A stretch of DNA of 64,000 nucleotides from Balanoglossus misakiensis (lineage: Eukaryota; Animalia; Hemichordata). Below the pieces are notes generated by a model that did not search any database, was not told the origin of the DNA, and was given only the letters and a program-made list of their open reading frames with translations. The position numbers and the translations under genes were made by a program. The stretch covers positions 8,191,573 through 8,255,572 of the forward strand of contig CM082594.2 in assembly GCA_040954595.2 (NCBI GenBank), read 5' to 3'. Below, piece by piece: positions 28,201-40,891 of this stretch (positions are counted from its first letter, which is position 1; every line of letters starts with the position of its first letter).

Positions 28201-31200
28201 ATCCCCCCCAGTTGTAAAGACTCTGCTCATGCGAAGATAAGCTTTCACTCCTACATAGATTTATAAAATTCATAAAAAAATGATAGGTTTATTAAAACTG
28301 TAATCACTTGTTTTGATGTCAACATGCATCATGTTTCTGACAAAGAGAAATTGACTGGTTTATGATGGTATTAAAGGAAGTACAGTACAGGTTCAATCAT
28401 ATGGCTCCTACTTTTCCTACATTTCCTAGCATAAAAATATATATTTTTTTAGTGTCAGGCATACCTGGCTACCCACATATAGAGTAGAAATGTAGTTAGT
28501 GAAATGGGCTTGCGTGCGAGTGTAATTGACATGGTGAAAATGCATTGACGTAGCACTAGGTAGACGGATGCAGGTGACTCATATATCTAAGTTCCATGAG
28601 ACCCAAGTGTTAGTTCTGTTTAAGCTTTTCGCTACGGTTTCTTCAACTTTAACATAGCCGTGACACATCCGGTTGTTTATTGCGTATTCTGACTCATTTT
28701 GTCTCAAGAAACCAAGTGTAGGGGCCTAAGACAAGTAAGGTTGGCCAGCTGTGCTTTACCAGTCAACATGCATGATGCAGTTCATGTAATCCTCTGAAAT
28801 AAGTACAAACTGTACAATATATACCGAAGTGATGAGTTTTAAGGCAATTGGCAATGCAGTCTCTTAAGCGTTCAAGAGTTAAGTCTGCCATCAGTACTGT
28901 TCAGAGTTCATTGTGGGTCAAACCAAAGTTGACCATCAGTTGACTTTTATTGTGAAGTCTTCTGCTGGACACCTGGTTGATGGCTGGCACGACCGATGCC
29001 CGGACTTGATACCTGTCAAGCCAGAAGCATTGACAAGCACTTATTTACAAAACCAGAGCGTTTGGATTCTTTGTCATGTATCCAGTTTGTTTCACACCAA
29101 AAATGCATTTTACACAGCTCTGGTCTTACTCAGTTCAACGTGTGTTTACTGCGTTGAACAAAGAGACTATTCATGCCCGTGGAATCGCGGATGCTGACGG
29201 AATATGGGAACAGGTTTTCATTACTTTGGCATGATGAAAGACTTGTTGTGCTTTGCTATTACTGTTGAAAAGAGACTATTGTCTGATTTCTAAAGACCAA
29301 AATATAAAAATATATTCCATCTCGTTTGAATAGATAAAACATTATGAAAACATTATTTGAATGAGAGAGAGTAACAATATACTCTAAAGAACAGTTTGTT
29401 AATACTGAATGCATTGATGTGTTTACATTTTATAAGAAGCACTCAGTCTTGTTGAACAGACTATGGACATTCTGATGATTCTGAACTGAGGAATAATGGC
29501 CAAAACAAGAAACGGCAGCTCAACTACAAAAATCGCCAAACATTTCATCTCTTTCAACTCTTAATTCCCTTCCCAACTTGATTTTTTATTTTTTTTATGT
29601 TAGCTGCATTTTTATTATATTTTTTATGTTATTTTTCCAGGTTACATAACAGACAAGACATTCAACTACAGAGAAGAGACAATAATAATAGCGCTTGCAT
29701 CCGTCTGCTCTGTGGCCATTTTGACTGTCGTACTCTACTTCTTGTACCGCCTCTGGCTTGGATCCAGAAAGACCTCCATGGCTAACATGTCCGTGGCAGA
29801 ACCGCCGGGACCTCCGCCCTCGTTTGACATGGACAACCTCAAACTGAGCAGCGTGATCGGACAGGGGCGTTTCGGAAACGTGTGGAAAGGTTCGCTAAAC
29901 GAAGACACTGTGGCCGTTAAAGTTTTCCAATCGCCGTTTAAACCGTATTATTTGAACGAGAGGGAGATCTACGCTCTGCCGTACATGGAGAGCGACTGTT
30001 TCCTGCAGATGCTGGCGGCGGAAGAACGCATCACCGTGGAAGGAATGAGGGAATATCTGCTGGTGTTGGACTACATTCCCCACGGGTCTCTGCAGAACTA
30101 CTTGCGCAATAATACGTTTCACTGGATGGGGATGTGTGTGCTTGGACAGAGCATGGCCTGTGGGTTAGGTTACTTGCATTCAGAAGTCAACAAACCAGGT
30201 ATGTATTCTTCTTTATCACACATGTACACCACCAAAACAAAGTACCGAGCACATTGGTGTTTCCAACAACTTAATTTAGAAATACCTAATCTCTCTGACT
30301 CTCTGACTTTGTGTTCACATTTCCTGCAGGAAAGAGGAAACCAGCTATAGCTCACCGGGATTTCAACAGTCGGAATATCCTAGTGAAACCCAACGGTACA
30401 TGCGTTATAGTAGACTTTGGGTTCTCTATGCAGCTGTCTGGGTCAAGGATGGTGGGGCCTGGTGAAGAAGACACTGCCTCAATAAGTGATGTAAGTCTCA
30501 TTTCAATCCATATACAGATTTGTTATAACAGAAGAAACGTCAATTGGTTCAGCTTGACTAGCTGGTACTGTTGGGGGCACTCTTAGTCCTAATATTGATA
30601 TCAATTCCTGTGTTCATAGGTTGGTACACTGAGATATATGTCACCTGAAGTGTTGGATGGTGCCGTCAATCTTCGAGACTGTGAAGTTGCATTAAAACAG
30701 GTGGATGTCTATGCCATGGGATTGGTCCTCTGGGAAATCGCAACCAGGTGCTACGATCTCTTCCCAGGTGAGAACAGTTTGACGTTTACACAATAGACTG
30801 TATTGACCATAGTCTCTCTTCTCATGATTGAAAATTAACAGATTTAAACTTTGTTTAATTACTATCCTAAGTGTAAGTTTAACTTTTTCTCTGAGCAGGC
30901 GTACCAGTGCCGGAATATCAACTGCCTTTTGAAGCTATGCTCGGTCACCATCCGAACTTTGAAGAAATGCAGGTGTTAGTATCCAGGGAGAAGAAACGAC
31001 CACAGTTTCCAGATGCATGGAAAGAAAACCACCATGTAAGTATAACACCAGTGATTTTGTCATGATTTCATCCCAGGTTATAAACTTAAAATGTTCTCAT
31101 CTTCATCATTTGATTGTCATTCTTATTTGACTGCAGGCTGTGAGATCCTTGAAAGAAACCATGGAAGATTGTTGGGATCAGGACGCTGAGGCCAGGCTCA

Positions 31201-33422
31201 CTGCTTTGTGTGTGGAAGAACGCATGCTGGAGTTGATGACGCTTTGGGACAAGAATAAAGTGGTCAGCCCGACAGTGAACCCGACATCGTCGTCCGGAAC
31301 TGGCACGACTCAGACCACCACTGACCGCAACGTCAACCTGCAGAACGAGCACCAAGGAATGGGCGGGCATGTTGAGGACGGCATCAATACAACGGACACT
31401 GTAGATCATAATAGTAATTTCACCAGCGGACAGCACCATTCTGGACGAGGCCGGACTGCCGATGTCCAGAATGTTCCCGCTGCGGGGGAGGAATTGTTGC
31501 TTGATCGAAACGCCAACGTTGAACACGCGGTGCCTCACCAGCATCGAATGGTTAGTCGAGAACAGTCCACCTCAGTCAGTTCGACCACCGACCGCAACGT
31601 CCTCAGCAGTCTTGCGTTCGACCGCCACAGTCACCACCTCTCACCGGATACAATCAGTACCAGCTTGTCAGCAACATCCGACATCAATCTTGGGGAGTTT
31701 AGTTGTACGCAGACTGTGGACCCGAAGAATCTCCATTACTCCGATGAAGACATGCAAGGTGCTACGACAGACTTGAAATTCAGCGGAGGAGGCTATGGAT
31801 CGTCCCTAGAGTACTCTGTGCAAAGTGAGCCCTCAACGTCGCCAAGCCGACCCTTGGTGTCTTCGGAAATGAGGCCCAGCCTTGCGAGGAATCAAATGAC
31901 TGATAATTTATCCAGCTCCAACGTGAGCGTCAGGCCGAAACAACAGAACACATTACAGAGACACACAAGCATCCCTTCTTGGGGGCAACTGACAGTGAAC
32001 CAGGCGCGTGCACGCTCCAGCGGTGGGGCCACGAGGGGCAATTTTAAGGCGGACACCAACAGGCACAGAGAACAGCTTGTTGCCCAGAGATGGCATAACA
32101 CTGCCGACAGCAGGCCACCACATCACGTGCCAGGTGGAATTAGTCTGGAAGGACAGCTTGTGAACTCCTTGAGTATGAGCGATTCGGGGGACAGTGTTCC
32201 GCCCTTACAGAGTACAAGTCAGTTAGAATCATACATGGGGGCACAAGCTAGTCAGCCGGCAGCGCCTAGTGCCCAGGTACTTCCGCCGGATCGCGTGAAA
32301 AGGCCGACTTCCCTTGCCTTGAGCGCGGGACTGAACGGCATGAAGAAGAAGCTGGTGGCCATGTACGTCCCGCACTCCAGCCGCAGCTCCAAGAGCGCGG
32401 TGCAGACGGGCATCGCCAAGATGGAAGCCAGCGACCCGCACTGTCACCAGGTCACGGTGTCGCAGAACGATCGGCGGGGGAAGTCCAAGAGCAAGGGCGG
32501 CAAGATGACGGCCGCCCAGGCCACCAGGGAGTACAGCAGCAGGGATCTGGAGCGGGGGATCGCCCAAGCCCAGCAGCAACCACAACCACTGGTGGTAAAC
32601 GTCCCCGTTGTCGTGCCGCAGCCCAGTAGGATGAGACGGGATGGCTATGAGCCGGTTAGCACCAGGGCCGATGACAGCGTAGAAGAGGCAGGACAGGGCC
32701 CACCGATAGAACCACGGTCAACAGCGCTGTCACTCTCCTCCGAAACCTCGTCCGAAAGCCTCAGACCTCTTCCAGATACGTTGGAGATAAAAGCTGAGAA
32801 GAAAGCCAAGAGACGAAGCACTCCGTATAAACTGATCACGGGCAAAATGGCTGTCCATGATGATGGAAAGAATGGGGTGAAGAGAGGCTCGCATGAAAAT
32901 GTTAGCGTTCAATTGCGGGAAGGTCGGAAATCAGGGAAAGGGAAAGACAGGCGAAAAGTCACCAGTGTGGACATAGATTTCATGAATAAACTATCCATGT
33001 CCAGTTCGGACCTGGATCAAATGCCCAAAGGTACAGCATTAAGCAGCAGCCAATCAGAGAGTTCGTTGCATCAGAATGGGAATTCAGAGCAGTACCCGAA
33101 TAACAGAGGGGACGCGATTGGTCAAGCGCAGAGGATGGTGTCTCCCCTGAGCAACAATGAGAAGAACAACTCGCAAGCTCCGGGTGGACACGACAACTAC
33201 AGTGCAAACAATAACACGTCAGTAGACAAGGCTAATTCTCACAATTCGGAAAGAGTCCCGAATGGTGACATCATCAAATCGCCATTGATCCCCAATGGTC
33301 ACTCCATCAATATGGCCGACGGTCAGTACCAGCTGAATGACATTCATGACACAGTGGTCAAACCCCCACCAAACGCTGTTGAAACAAACGATGAATTGGC
33401 ATTCAAAGTATCGTGTTTGTAA
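6769..33422 (+). CDS. BMPR2: Bone morphogenetic protein receptor type 2 (about 1240 aa, long cytoplasmic tail)
   Basis: Exons 6769-6826 (signal peptide [19 protein letters not shown]), 24929-25126, 27706-27882 (CCCHGNLCN box), 29641-30198 ([27 protein letters not shown]), 30330-30490 ([11 protein letters not shown]), 30620-30767 ([21 protein letters not shown]), 30899-31035, 31137-33422 ([19 protein letters not shown] plus tail). Total 3723 nt, in frame. No GS box, so type II; the tail is diagnostic for BMPR2/Wit. Confidence 0.96.
17796..18649. mobile_element. Non-autonomous DNA transposon (MITE, 854 bp), probably P-element superfamily, in BMPR2 intron 1
   Basis: Perfect 32-bp terminal inverted repeats CACGGTTACTAGAAGAAGACGGTTAGGAAACT (17796-17827 and 18618-18649) flanked by the 7-bp direct repeat TCCAGAG (17789-17795, 18650-18656). 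No transposase ORF. The superfamily is inferred from CA..TG ends and TSD length. Confidence 0.9.
27498..27581. mobile_element. Miniature piggyBac-like element (84 bp) with TTAA target duplication
   Basis: TTAA (27494-27497), CCTTTCACCCCCAT ... ATGGTGGTGAAAGGG, TTAA (27582-27585): imperfect 14-15 bp inverted repeats with CC(C)/GGG ends. Confidence 0.65.
27903..27986. repeat. Tandem duplication, 2 x 42 bp, at the start of BMPR2 intron 3
   Basis: gttattggccc(a/t)ttaaaggtcatgtgacaggattctcttatg repeated head to tail with one mismatch. Confidence 0.85.
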
Positions 33423-36391
33423 ACAAAGGTACAACGAAACTTTGCATTGTTGACAAGAAGCCAGTCGTTCCAGTAATCGATAAGTGCTAGCACGGCTATA
33501 TCTCTGCTTCATCAGCCATCGTTATAAAAACAATTTTAAGAAGAACTTTCTTTCTGAAGACTTGAAGCAATTAATTGTAAGTTTAAGTAGCAAACGACTA
33601 AACACAAGCAAATGTATATCATCCACGGTTGGATGTTATATGAGTGTGAACTGACACTCGTAAGAGTGTAATTACGGTATCCTTGTTTAACCCAGCAGTC
33701 ACTAAACAAGTGACAGTGTTGTAGAAAGGTTATACACAAATTTCATTATGTACAAGTAAATGTGTAACTACTGAATACTGTATGGGATGTCTCTGAAATA
33801 TAAAATATTTCAGGGATTCAATCTCTGATAAGGTGAGAAATTATCTCACACACATAATTCACTTCCAAGATCTTTAAGTCAAAGTATACTTTCTCTCTGA
33901 ACCACACCACATAAATATCTTTGAGAGTGAAGCCATTATAACTAAGCTTCAGTACATTGATGATTGCTTGATACTATTCAAAATCAAGAATAAGATGTTC
34001 CTCCAGTGTTTTCTTAGTCTGTTATGTCAGCGGGACTTTGTTATTGACAATGACTTATTATAACGTACGATCATTCATCATGGAGCCAAGCATGAAAAAA
34101 ATCATGACTTATTCCAAAGTGGTTGCCAAGCCTGTGACAGAAAAATCCTGGAAACTAAAGTTTACCTAAAATGCATTTTAAAAATAGAAATGGCTGAGCT
34201 GTGTAAATGGAAAATAAGTTTATTTTAGTGCTACTGAAATGTTTGTGTGCAAAATTCAGCAAGGTGCAGTTTATCATTTCTGAACTGGGGATGTTTTTTC
34301 CATTGCATTGCCTAACCTGAAAATATACTTTCCCCAGTCCAAGGAAGACATTCTGAAATTAGCAATGTCAGTTTTTTTCTTGCATTTCCATGACAAAGTT
34401 TCATCAGCTACACTGTTTTGTCTGTTACATTCTGATTATTAAAATGGTTTAGTGGTCTTGCCAGGAAGACCATGTGACTATCTGCAACTTTATATACTGC
34501 CCTCTTGGGGCTGAAAAAGTAGTTTTTGTTTTTAAGTGTTGACTTCCTGCAAGTCTCAATAGAGCACATTTTAAAATGATTGCAAAGATTTTTTTTAAAA
34601 AACCTGAATGAGTATTTATTTAAGAATCAGATTGTTATTTGAAAATAACAATTTCTTTTTTTGTTAGAAAATAAAGATGAGTAGTTTTAAAAGGCTTTTC
34701 CTTGCGAGAAATGTAGTTGTAGAATGGAAACCATATTTGAAAGTTCTCTGTTCAATATCCATCACTCAAACACCACACTTGCAGTCACCAGATTTACAAT
34801 GGATATATTCCCCACTGTCATTTCTTACTGAAGCCCGAGTTATGTTGTAATAACAGATCATGATTTAATTAATTTGAGCAGAGAAGTCAAGGACACACTT
34901 TCTTGATTTTTTGGCTGTTTCATCCGTGGAGTACACCCATAGTAACCTTTTTTTAAACTTCTGAGCAGCAACAATGGTAATAACGATTGATTGGTGATGT
35001 TTGGAATTAAAAATTCAGCCATTGTTTTTTTGTACATAGAATATTAAAAGTACCACTTTGTATGTTGAAGAGTTTCAGCATAGCTTTTAGATGTACTACT
35101 AGTATGGATGTAATGTTACAAGTGTATCTAGAAAAAAAGTTAAATATTATTTGTCGAAGGGTGGAGTCAAAGCATTTTTGCTTTCACAAAAGTTTTTATC
35201 AGAGTAAAGTGCTGCTGCTTGCTTGAGAGCACAAATGATTCGCAGTGTTATCTTCTCTTACTTTCAGGAGATTTTATTTGAAATAACCAGTTGCTGTATT
35301 CTCCTATCATCGCAATTGTACATACAATTTAATTATTTTCCCCATGCCGCCTGCTTGAACTGGATAATTTGCTCACTGCGTTAGATATTTTTTTAATTCA
35401 AGGCAGACCTGCTCACTCACTCTGTGTACCTGCTTTGACAACCTTTGACCTTTGAGATTTAGCAATTCAATTATCTGCAGGTGGTATTCCCATAACAGAA
35501 GATGTGGAATAGGATCTGCAGGAAAACGACTGTGCAAAAAAACATAATTGTGCAAAAAAGAAGGTTTTTTTTCTATCCGAGTCAGAAGCTGACATAAAAC
35601 ACAAAAATTAAGAAAAAAATGTCTTTCTTTCTCTCTCGCCTATGAGGCATAGCCTTTTCTGGAATTTATTTTATTCTGTATGAAATACAACCCTACTATG
35701 TATTGTAGTCTTTGAGAAATATGTATGTAGAGGTATATTCAAACTTGTAGATTGGACAAAGCATATATATTATTAGTTTAAAAGGGTAATAGACTGGTCA
35801 CATAGAATTATGTATGTAATGTAATGTACTTAAGAAAAGATATGGAGTTTTGTGAGCATGCAGACTTTGAAAATATATCGCCATTGTTTGAAAAATTTTG
35901 TGTGGTGTTTTTAATTCTCATATGGATGGAGATGCTGCCTTCGTGATTTAAAAGCCACATTTCTCATTGAAGAGACCATGGGAAACGCCCACGAAACATG
36001 GGCCACATTTATTCATCAAAATAGAGTCAGTGATTTGCATTGCCCTACATCGGGGACCTTGTATGAACAAGTGGTCTTTGTGCGCATGTGCCAAGTATAT
36101 CGATAGATTTGTTGATCCAGATCATGTGACTGATGCTGTGCACCGTTTATCAAATGATAAATTGCCCAAAATATCCACTGGCAAAAGTTTATTTCTACAT
36201 AATATTAAGTTTATTTGTGCTCATTGTTATTCAAATTCATTAAGTGCCACTCCCATGGAAACCAAGCATTCGTGCTATCCGCCCCCAAGACCCCTGGATC
36301 AAGACTTGCAAACTGCGTCACTGCCCGCAACACCTTGCGCTCTGCAGAAGTTCTTTTCCACTTTTACTAAAAAACACATCGAATACCAGAG

Positions 36392-39300
36392 ATGAAATGC
36401 TTTCTTTCGATTCTAATAATTGTCGGGGTTTTCTTCAGAATAGGTAAGTTTTCTTTTAACTTCTTTGGAATTTGCAAAACGTCACCATGTGATAGAGCTT
36501 GCATTTCTTGCGTTTCTTAAGTTTCTACCAGGGAATATTTCAGTAGCAGAGATTTTTTTGCAAGACAGTGGACAATCGTATCGAAGCATTTGTTTCTCGG
36601 ACAATATTATTTTTGGGCCAATAATTCGAACGTTCGTGTTTTGTCTGGGAAGTATATTCTCGTAACCTCTCCGAAGTCGGACAAAATGCATCGGACCAAA
36701 AGCTTGGCAACTTCAGTTTATTGGAATGGCCATTTTTGAAAAAAAAAGTGCACTCGTCATTTTTAAGAAGTGAGGTTTGTTCTTTTAAAGGGGAATAGGC
36801 AATGCACAGCCAACTTTTTGTTTCCTGATTAGCAGTTCCGTGCACAGACAAAAGGGATATCGTTCATTTCTATAAAAGTGCCCTCGTCAAGAAAAATGGG
36901 TCTTTTAAAACTTCGATGAATTTTGATGATGGGTATCTGTTCTAATGTCGACACTGTATTACACGCGTTTATGGATCAAAATAAAATAAATCGTTTAGGG
37001 TCGGCGGGTCTACAATCCGTAAAGTTGAAAGTGAGACATTTCTTTTAGCCTATTTTATGGTTTCCGATTTTTTTCGTTAAGCAAATAATTTTCACAGTGC
37101 CCTGGGCGTGAATTTCAAACTGCGCTTGCAACTCAGTCGAACTTCATAAAACTGCAGAAGTTTTAGCCAGTGTCTGACATGAAAAAATTATGCTTCCTAA
37201 GACCCGCCTTCAAGTATGCAGATATTGAAACTGCTTGTTCGTGTATCGTTTCTCCCAAACACGCTACCTTCAAAACGTTTGCCGAATTTGGCAGAAAATC
37301 GATGAACCTTGTTATCACTGTCAACCGATCTGTCATACATGTGTCTGACAACTATTTCTTCTGTCAACGATCTGTTGAGCGCAGGTTTACTTAATGTGGA
37401 GTGCATCGATTAGAAAACCATGGCGAAAGTCGTGACTCTCAAACATCCAATAAAATTCACCTGTAGTTTTGTAAAGACAGATTTTGTAACAGATTTCGGT
37501 CAGAACCGAATCATCTACCCACTGTTAATTTTTTCAAAGCTACGTCCTTCCAATTTTACATGCATGTACAACATTACAAGTTAACTATGAAAATGCATGA
37601 ATATATATAAGTTATACAGTGTCTATAAAATAACACCATTGTAGGTGAGGGTCAGCGATGTCCGACAGGTTGGTTGACGCAATATCAGAGATGTTTCCTT
37701 ATTATTGACGACGAGGAAGCCCGGAATTATCATGACGCGGCCAACAGATGCAGACAGTTGGACCAAGGTGCAACGCTGGCCGTCATCGAATCGCCAGAAT
37801 TAAACGTAAGAACGTCACAGAATACTAAGGGACTATGCTTTTGTTTTAGATGTATAAACTAACTGATACTGTTGTCCTACTGAAAACCCACTGAATGAGT
37901 GGTCGGTACATACACTACAGCCTGGGGCATACACATATCAGTTCAGTTTTACAAATGACCAATTGGTCACATGATGGAGGATGCAAATAACATATTTTGT
38001 CTTGATAATCTGATAAGTATCGCCATGCCCGCATTTTATTTGACAGGACTACATCGCTTCTCATATGGTGCAAGGAACTGATGGACATTGGATCGGATTG
38101 GATGACCTGTCTGTAGAGGGCATGTTTGAGTGGGCAGACGGAAAGCACTTGGACGATGATCAAGCGTTAGTACTTTATACGTAGAGATATATCACAGTGA
38201 CATACAACTACGAATTATAATAGCTCTAGATAGACGGAAAAGGCAATCCAGAACGTTTTTTCACCAAATATCGCACTCAGATTATCAACAGATAAGCCAG
38301 ATAAATCGATTGGAAATTGGTGGATATTGGATTACACGGTCTTTGGCTACCAAGGGGCAAAATTCCCGTTATTCAAGTCTCTCTCTCGCTGCCCCTTTCC
38401 ATTAATTTTTATTACCGATATCGGTATGATTGAATTATGTGATTTGATCGTTTATACCGGCATACATGTCAAATCTGCAGGTCCTGGGACGAAGGTGAAC
38501 CAGCCGGTGGTCAGCAAGACTGCGTTCAGTTACGGAGATCGACGAAAAAGTGGACCGCCAAGACCTGCTCTTTAGTGTTACAAGGGCTTGTCTGTCAAAC
38601 AGCTATGAGTAAGCACTGATCATAATCTGATTAAGGTCACGAAGGTAGTATGCTCCTCGAAAATCAAAGTCTGAAACCTTTTCTCGTGATGTGGTAAAGT
38701 CAATTATTCTCAATATACCTTAAAGTCATAGTGGAAGATGTGGTCGGTTTCATACCACTGATTCGGTTTAATTTTGGCCCTTCATTTCTGCTGTCATCGT
38801 CTCTGAGGACTTTCACATATACCAATACAAAGTACAAGACCAAGGGAAGTGATCAATCTAACTGTGCCTACATGGGATCACCATCAAGGTCGTACCAACC
38901 CAATATGTTGATGGAATTTTTTAACCGAATGAATTGAGTTTTTCCCTTTTATTGCATAATTCTCTCATTTCTTCCAGAAATACCGACTGCTTGCGACGAG
39001 GACAACGGGTGGAACTCGGTCAACGACAGATGCATGAAGTACTTTTCGGACAAGAAAACCTGGGATGATGCCCAGTCGTACTGTAGAACTTTGGGTAATG
39101 CAAGGCTGGTGAAGATAACGGGTTTGATTGTACAAGACTACGTCACGGGACGCTCTGGGGATAGTAACATGTGGACTGGACTTTCAGACTTGGTGAGTAG
39201 TTTGGAGATAAAAACAATTCTGTATAATTATTTAGTACTTGTATATGTAATTATTTTCAAGAGATAAAGTATGCTCTATTGTTCCATTTACATGTGTACT

Positions 39301-40806
39301 GAAACACACACCTTTCCACTACTACAATGATGATGTACTAGTAGTATATTCAAGCCAAACGTCAATATTATTCAATGATGAGTAAAACCAAATTGCTCAA
39401 GAAGAGATTTTGTGTCTCGTAATTCTAAACTTAGTCCATTTTCAACCGATTGTCACAGGACGGACAGACTGGCGAGTATGCTTGGATGGATAAAACTACA
39501 CCGAAATATGTCAACTGGCTTGCGGGTCAGCCTAGTAATAGGTAAGTGTGACCAACAACGTGATCATGATGACTAACAGGTTGCTCACCAAAAATGCAAC
39601 GTTGACATTTTCACCGTGCATTATCACGAGGACATCCCTAGGTCCCTGCAGACCACATTGCAAAGCGATTGGACCAGAGGTCTGAGAAATATGATTTTTG
39701 GCCAAAAATGGGGGAAATGTGCTATAATATCAAAGGGAGGGCAATTACAAGACACATAAGAAGCTGGTATATCAATACTATTGCTTTTGGGGGCACTGTT
39801 TTACAACTTACACACATGTTGCATTTTGTAGCAATGCAGGTGGAAATTGCGTGGAAGTAAGGGCCTCTAGTAACGGACAGTGGAGCACCCAGGCATGTAC
39901 TGCAACCAATGCATTTATATGCGACAAGCCAGAAGGTAAGTCAACTCATTTCTAACATGTACAGAATTCAAATCTCTGGAACAACTCAGCTCGACACAAA
40001 CAGCAAATTAGTGATGCGGAAGAAATCATGACCAAAAACACAAATAGTATAGCCGTTCATGTTATCCTTGGGTCAAATCAACAACACATAACTGTTAGCG
40101 AACAGAACTGAAATGAATGACAACTGGGTTTTATCACAGGCAAGTGTGCACCTGGATGGATAATCAACAGAGGATCGTGTTATCAGTTAAACACGGCAAT
40201 CCCAGCGGCCTGGTCTGAGGCTAAACACATGTGTGACGCACAAGGAGGTCACCTGGTCACCATTGATAAGTAGGTATTTCACCTTTTTTTCGTTGAAAAC
40301 TCGTTACAAATGCAAGTGTATTGTCCTTGAGTGGTGACAGTACAGTACAGTGAAATCACGCAGCACCTAGTAATTATTCTTCTGTTTTTCTCTTTCAGCC
40401 GAATAGAAAACGATTTCCTGGTGAGCCAATTCACTGCAATGAATCTCGCTCATGTAACGGACATGTGGATGGGAATATCAGGTAGTTCATTCTTTTTTTC
40501 TCTCAAACAAAATCCCTGAAGCGATGCTTAGTGGCAAAAATGTCACCTTAGACAAAATTCGTAGCGGTTTTTGAATATCAATGTTAACATTGTTTGCAGA
40601 TAGAAACACAGATGGTAATTTCCTCTGGTCAGATGGTACCCAGACTGTCGGATTCACCAACTGGAATATTGGCCAACCGGAGAACAGGCTTGATGAAGCT
40701 GACTGTGGAGCATTGTATGCGGGTAGGTATTATTCACCACGACCACCACTACCACCACCACCACCACCACCACCACCACCACCACCACCACCACCACCAC
40801 CATCTA

Positions 40807-40891
<85 letters not shown>

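Noticed and set aside
31086-33512. Several antisense and alternate-frame ORFs of 60-152 aa
   Set aside because: Shadows of the GC-rich BMPR2 terminal exon, with no independent domain signal.
35967-36395. 142-aa ORF upstream of the lectin gene
   Set aside because: Non-ATG start, no domain, overlaps the promoter/5' UTR and is out of frame with the signal-peptide exon.
38631-38723. TTAAGGT...ACCTTAA segment resembling a Kolobok-type MITE remnant
   Set aside because: The inverted repeat is too short and degenerate to call from a single copy.
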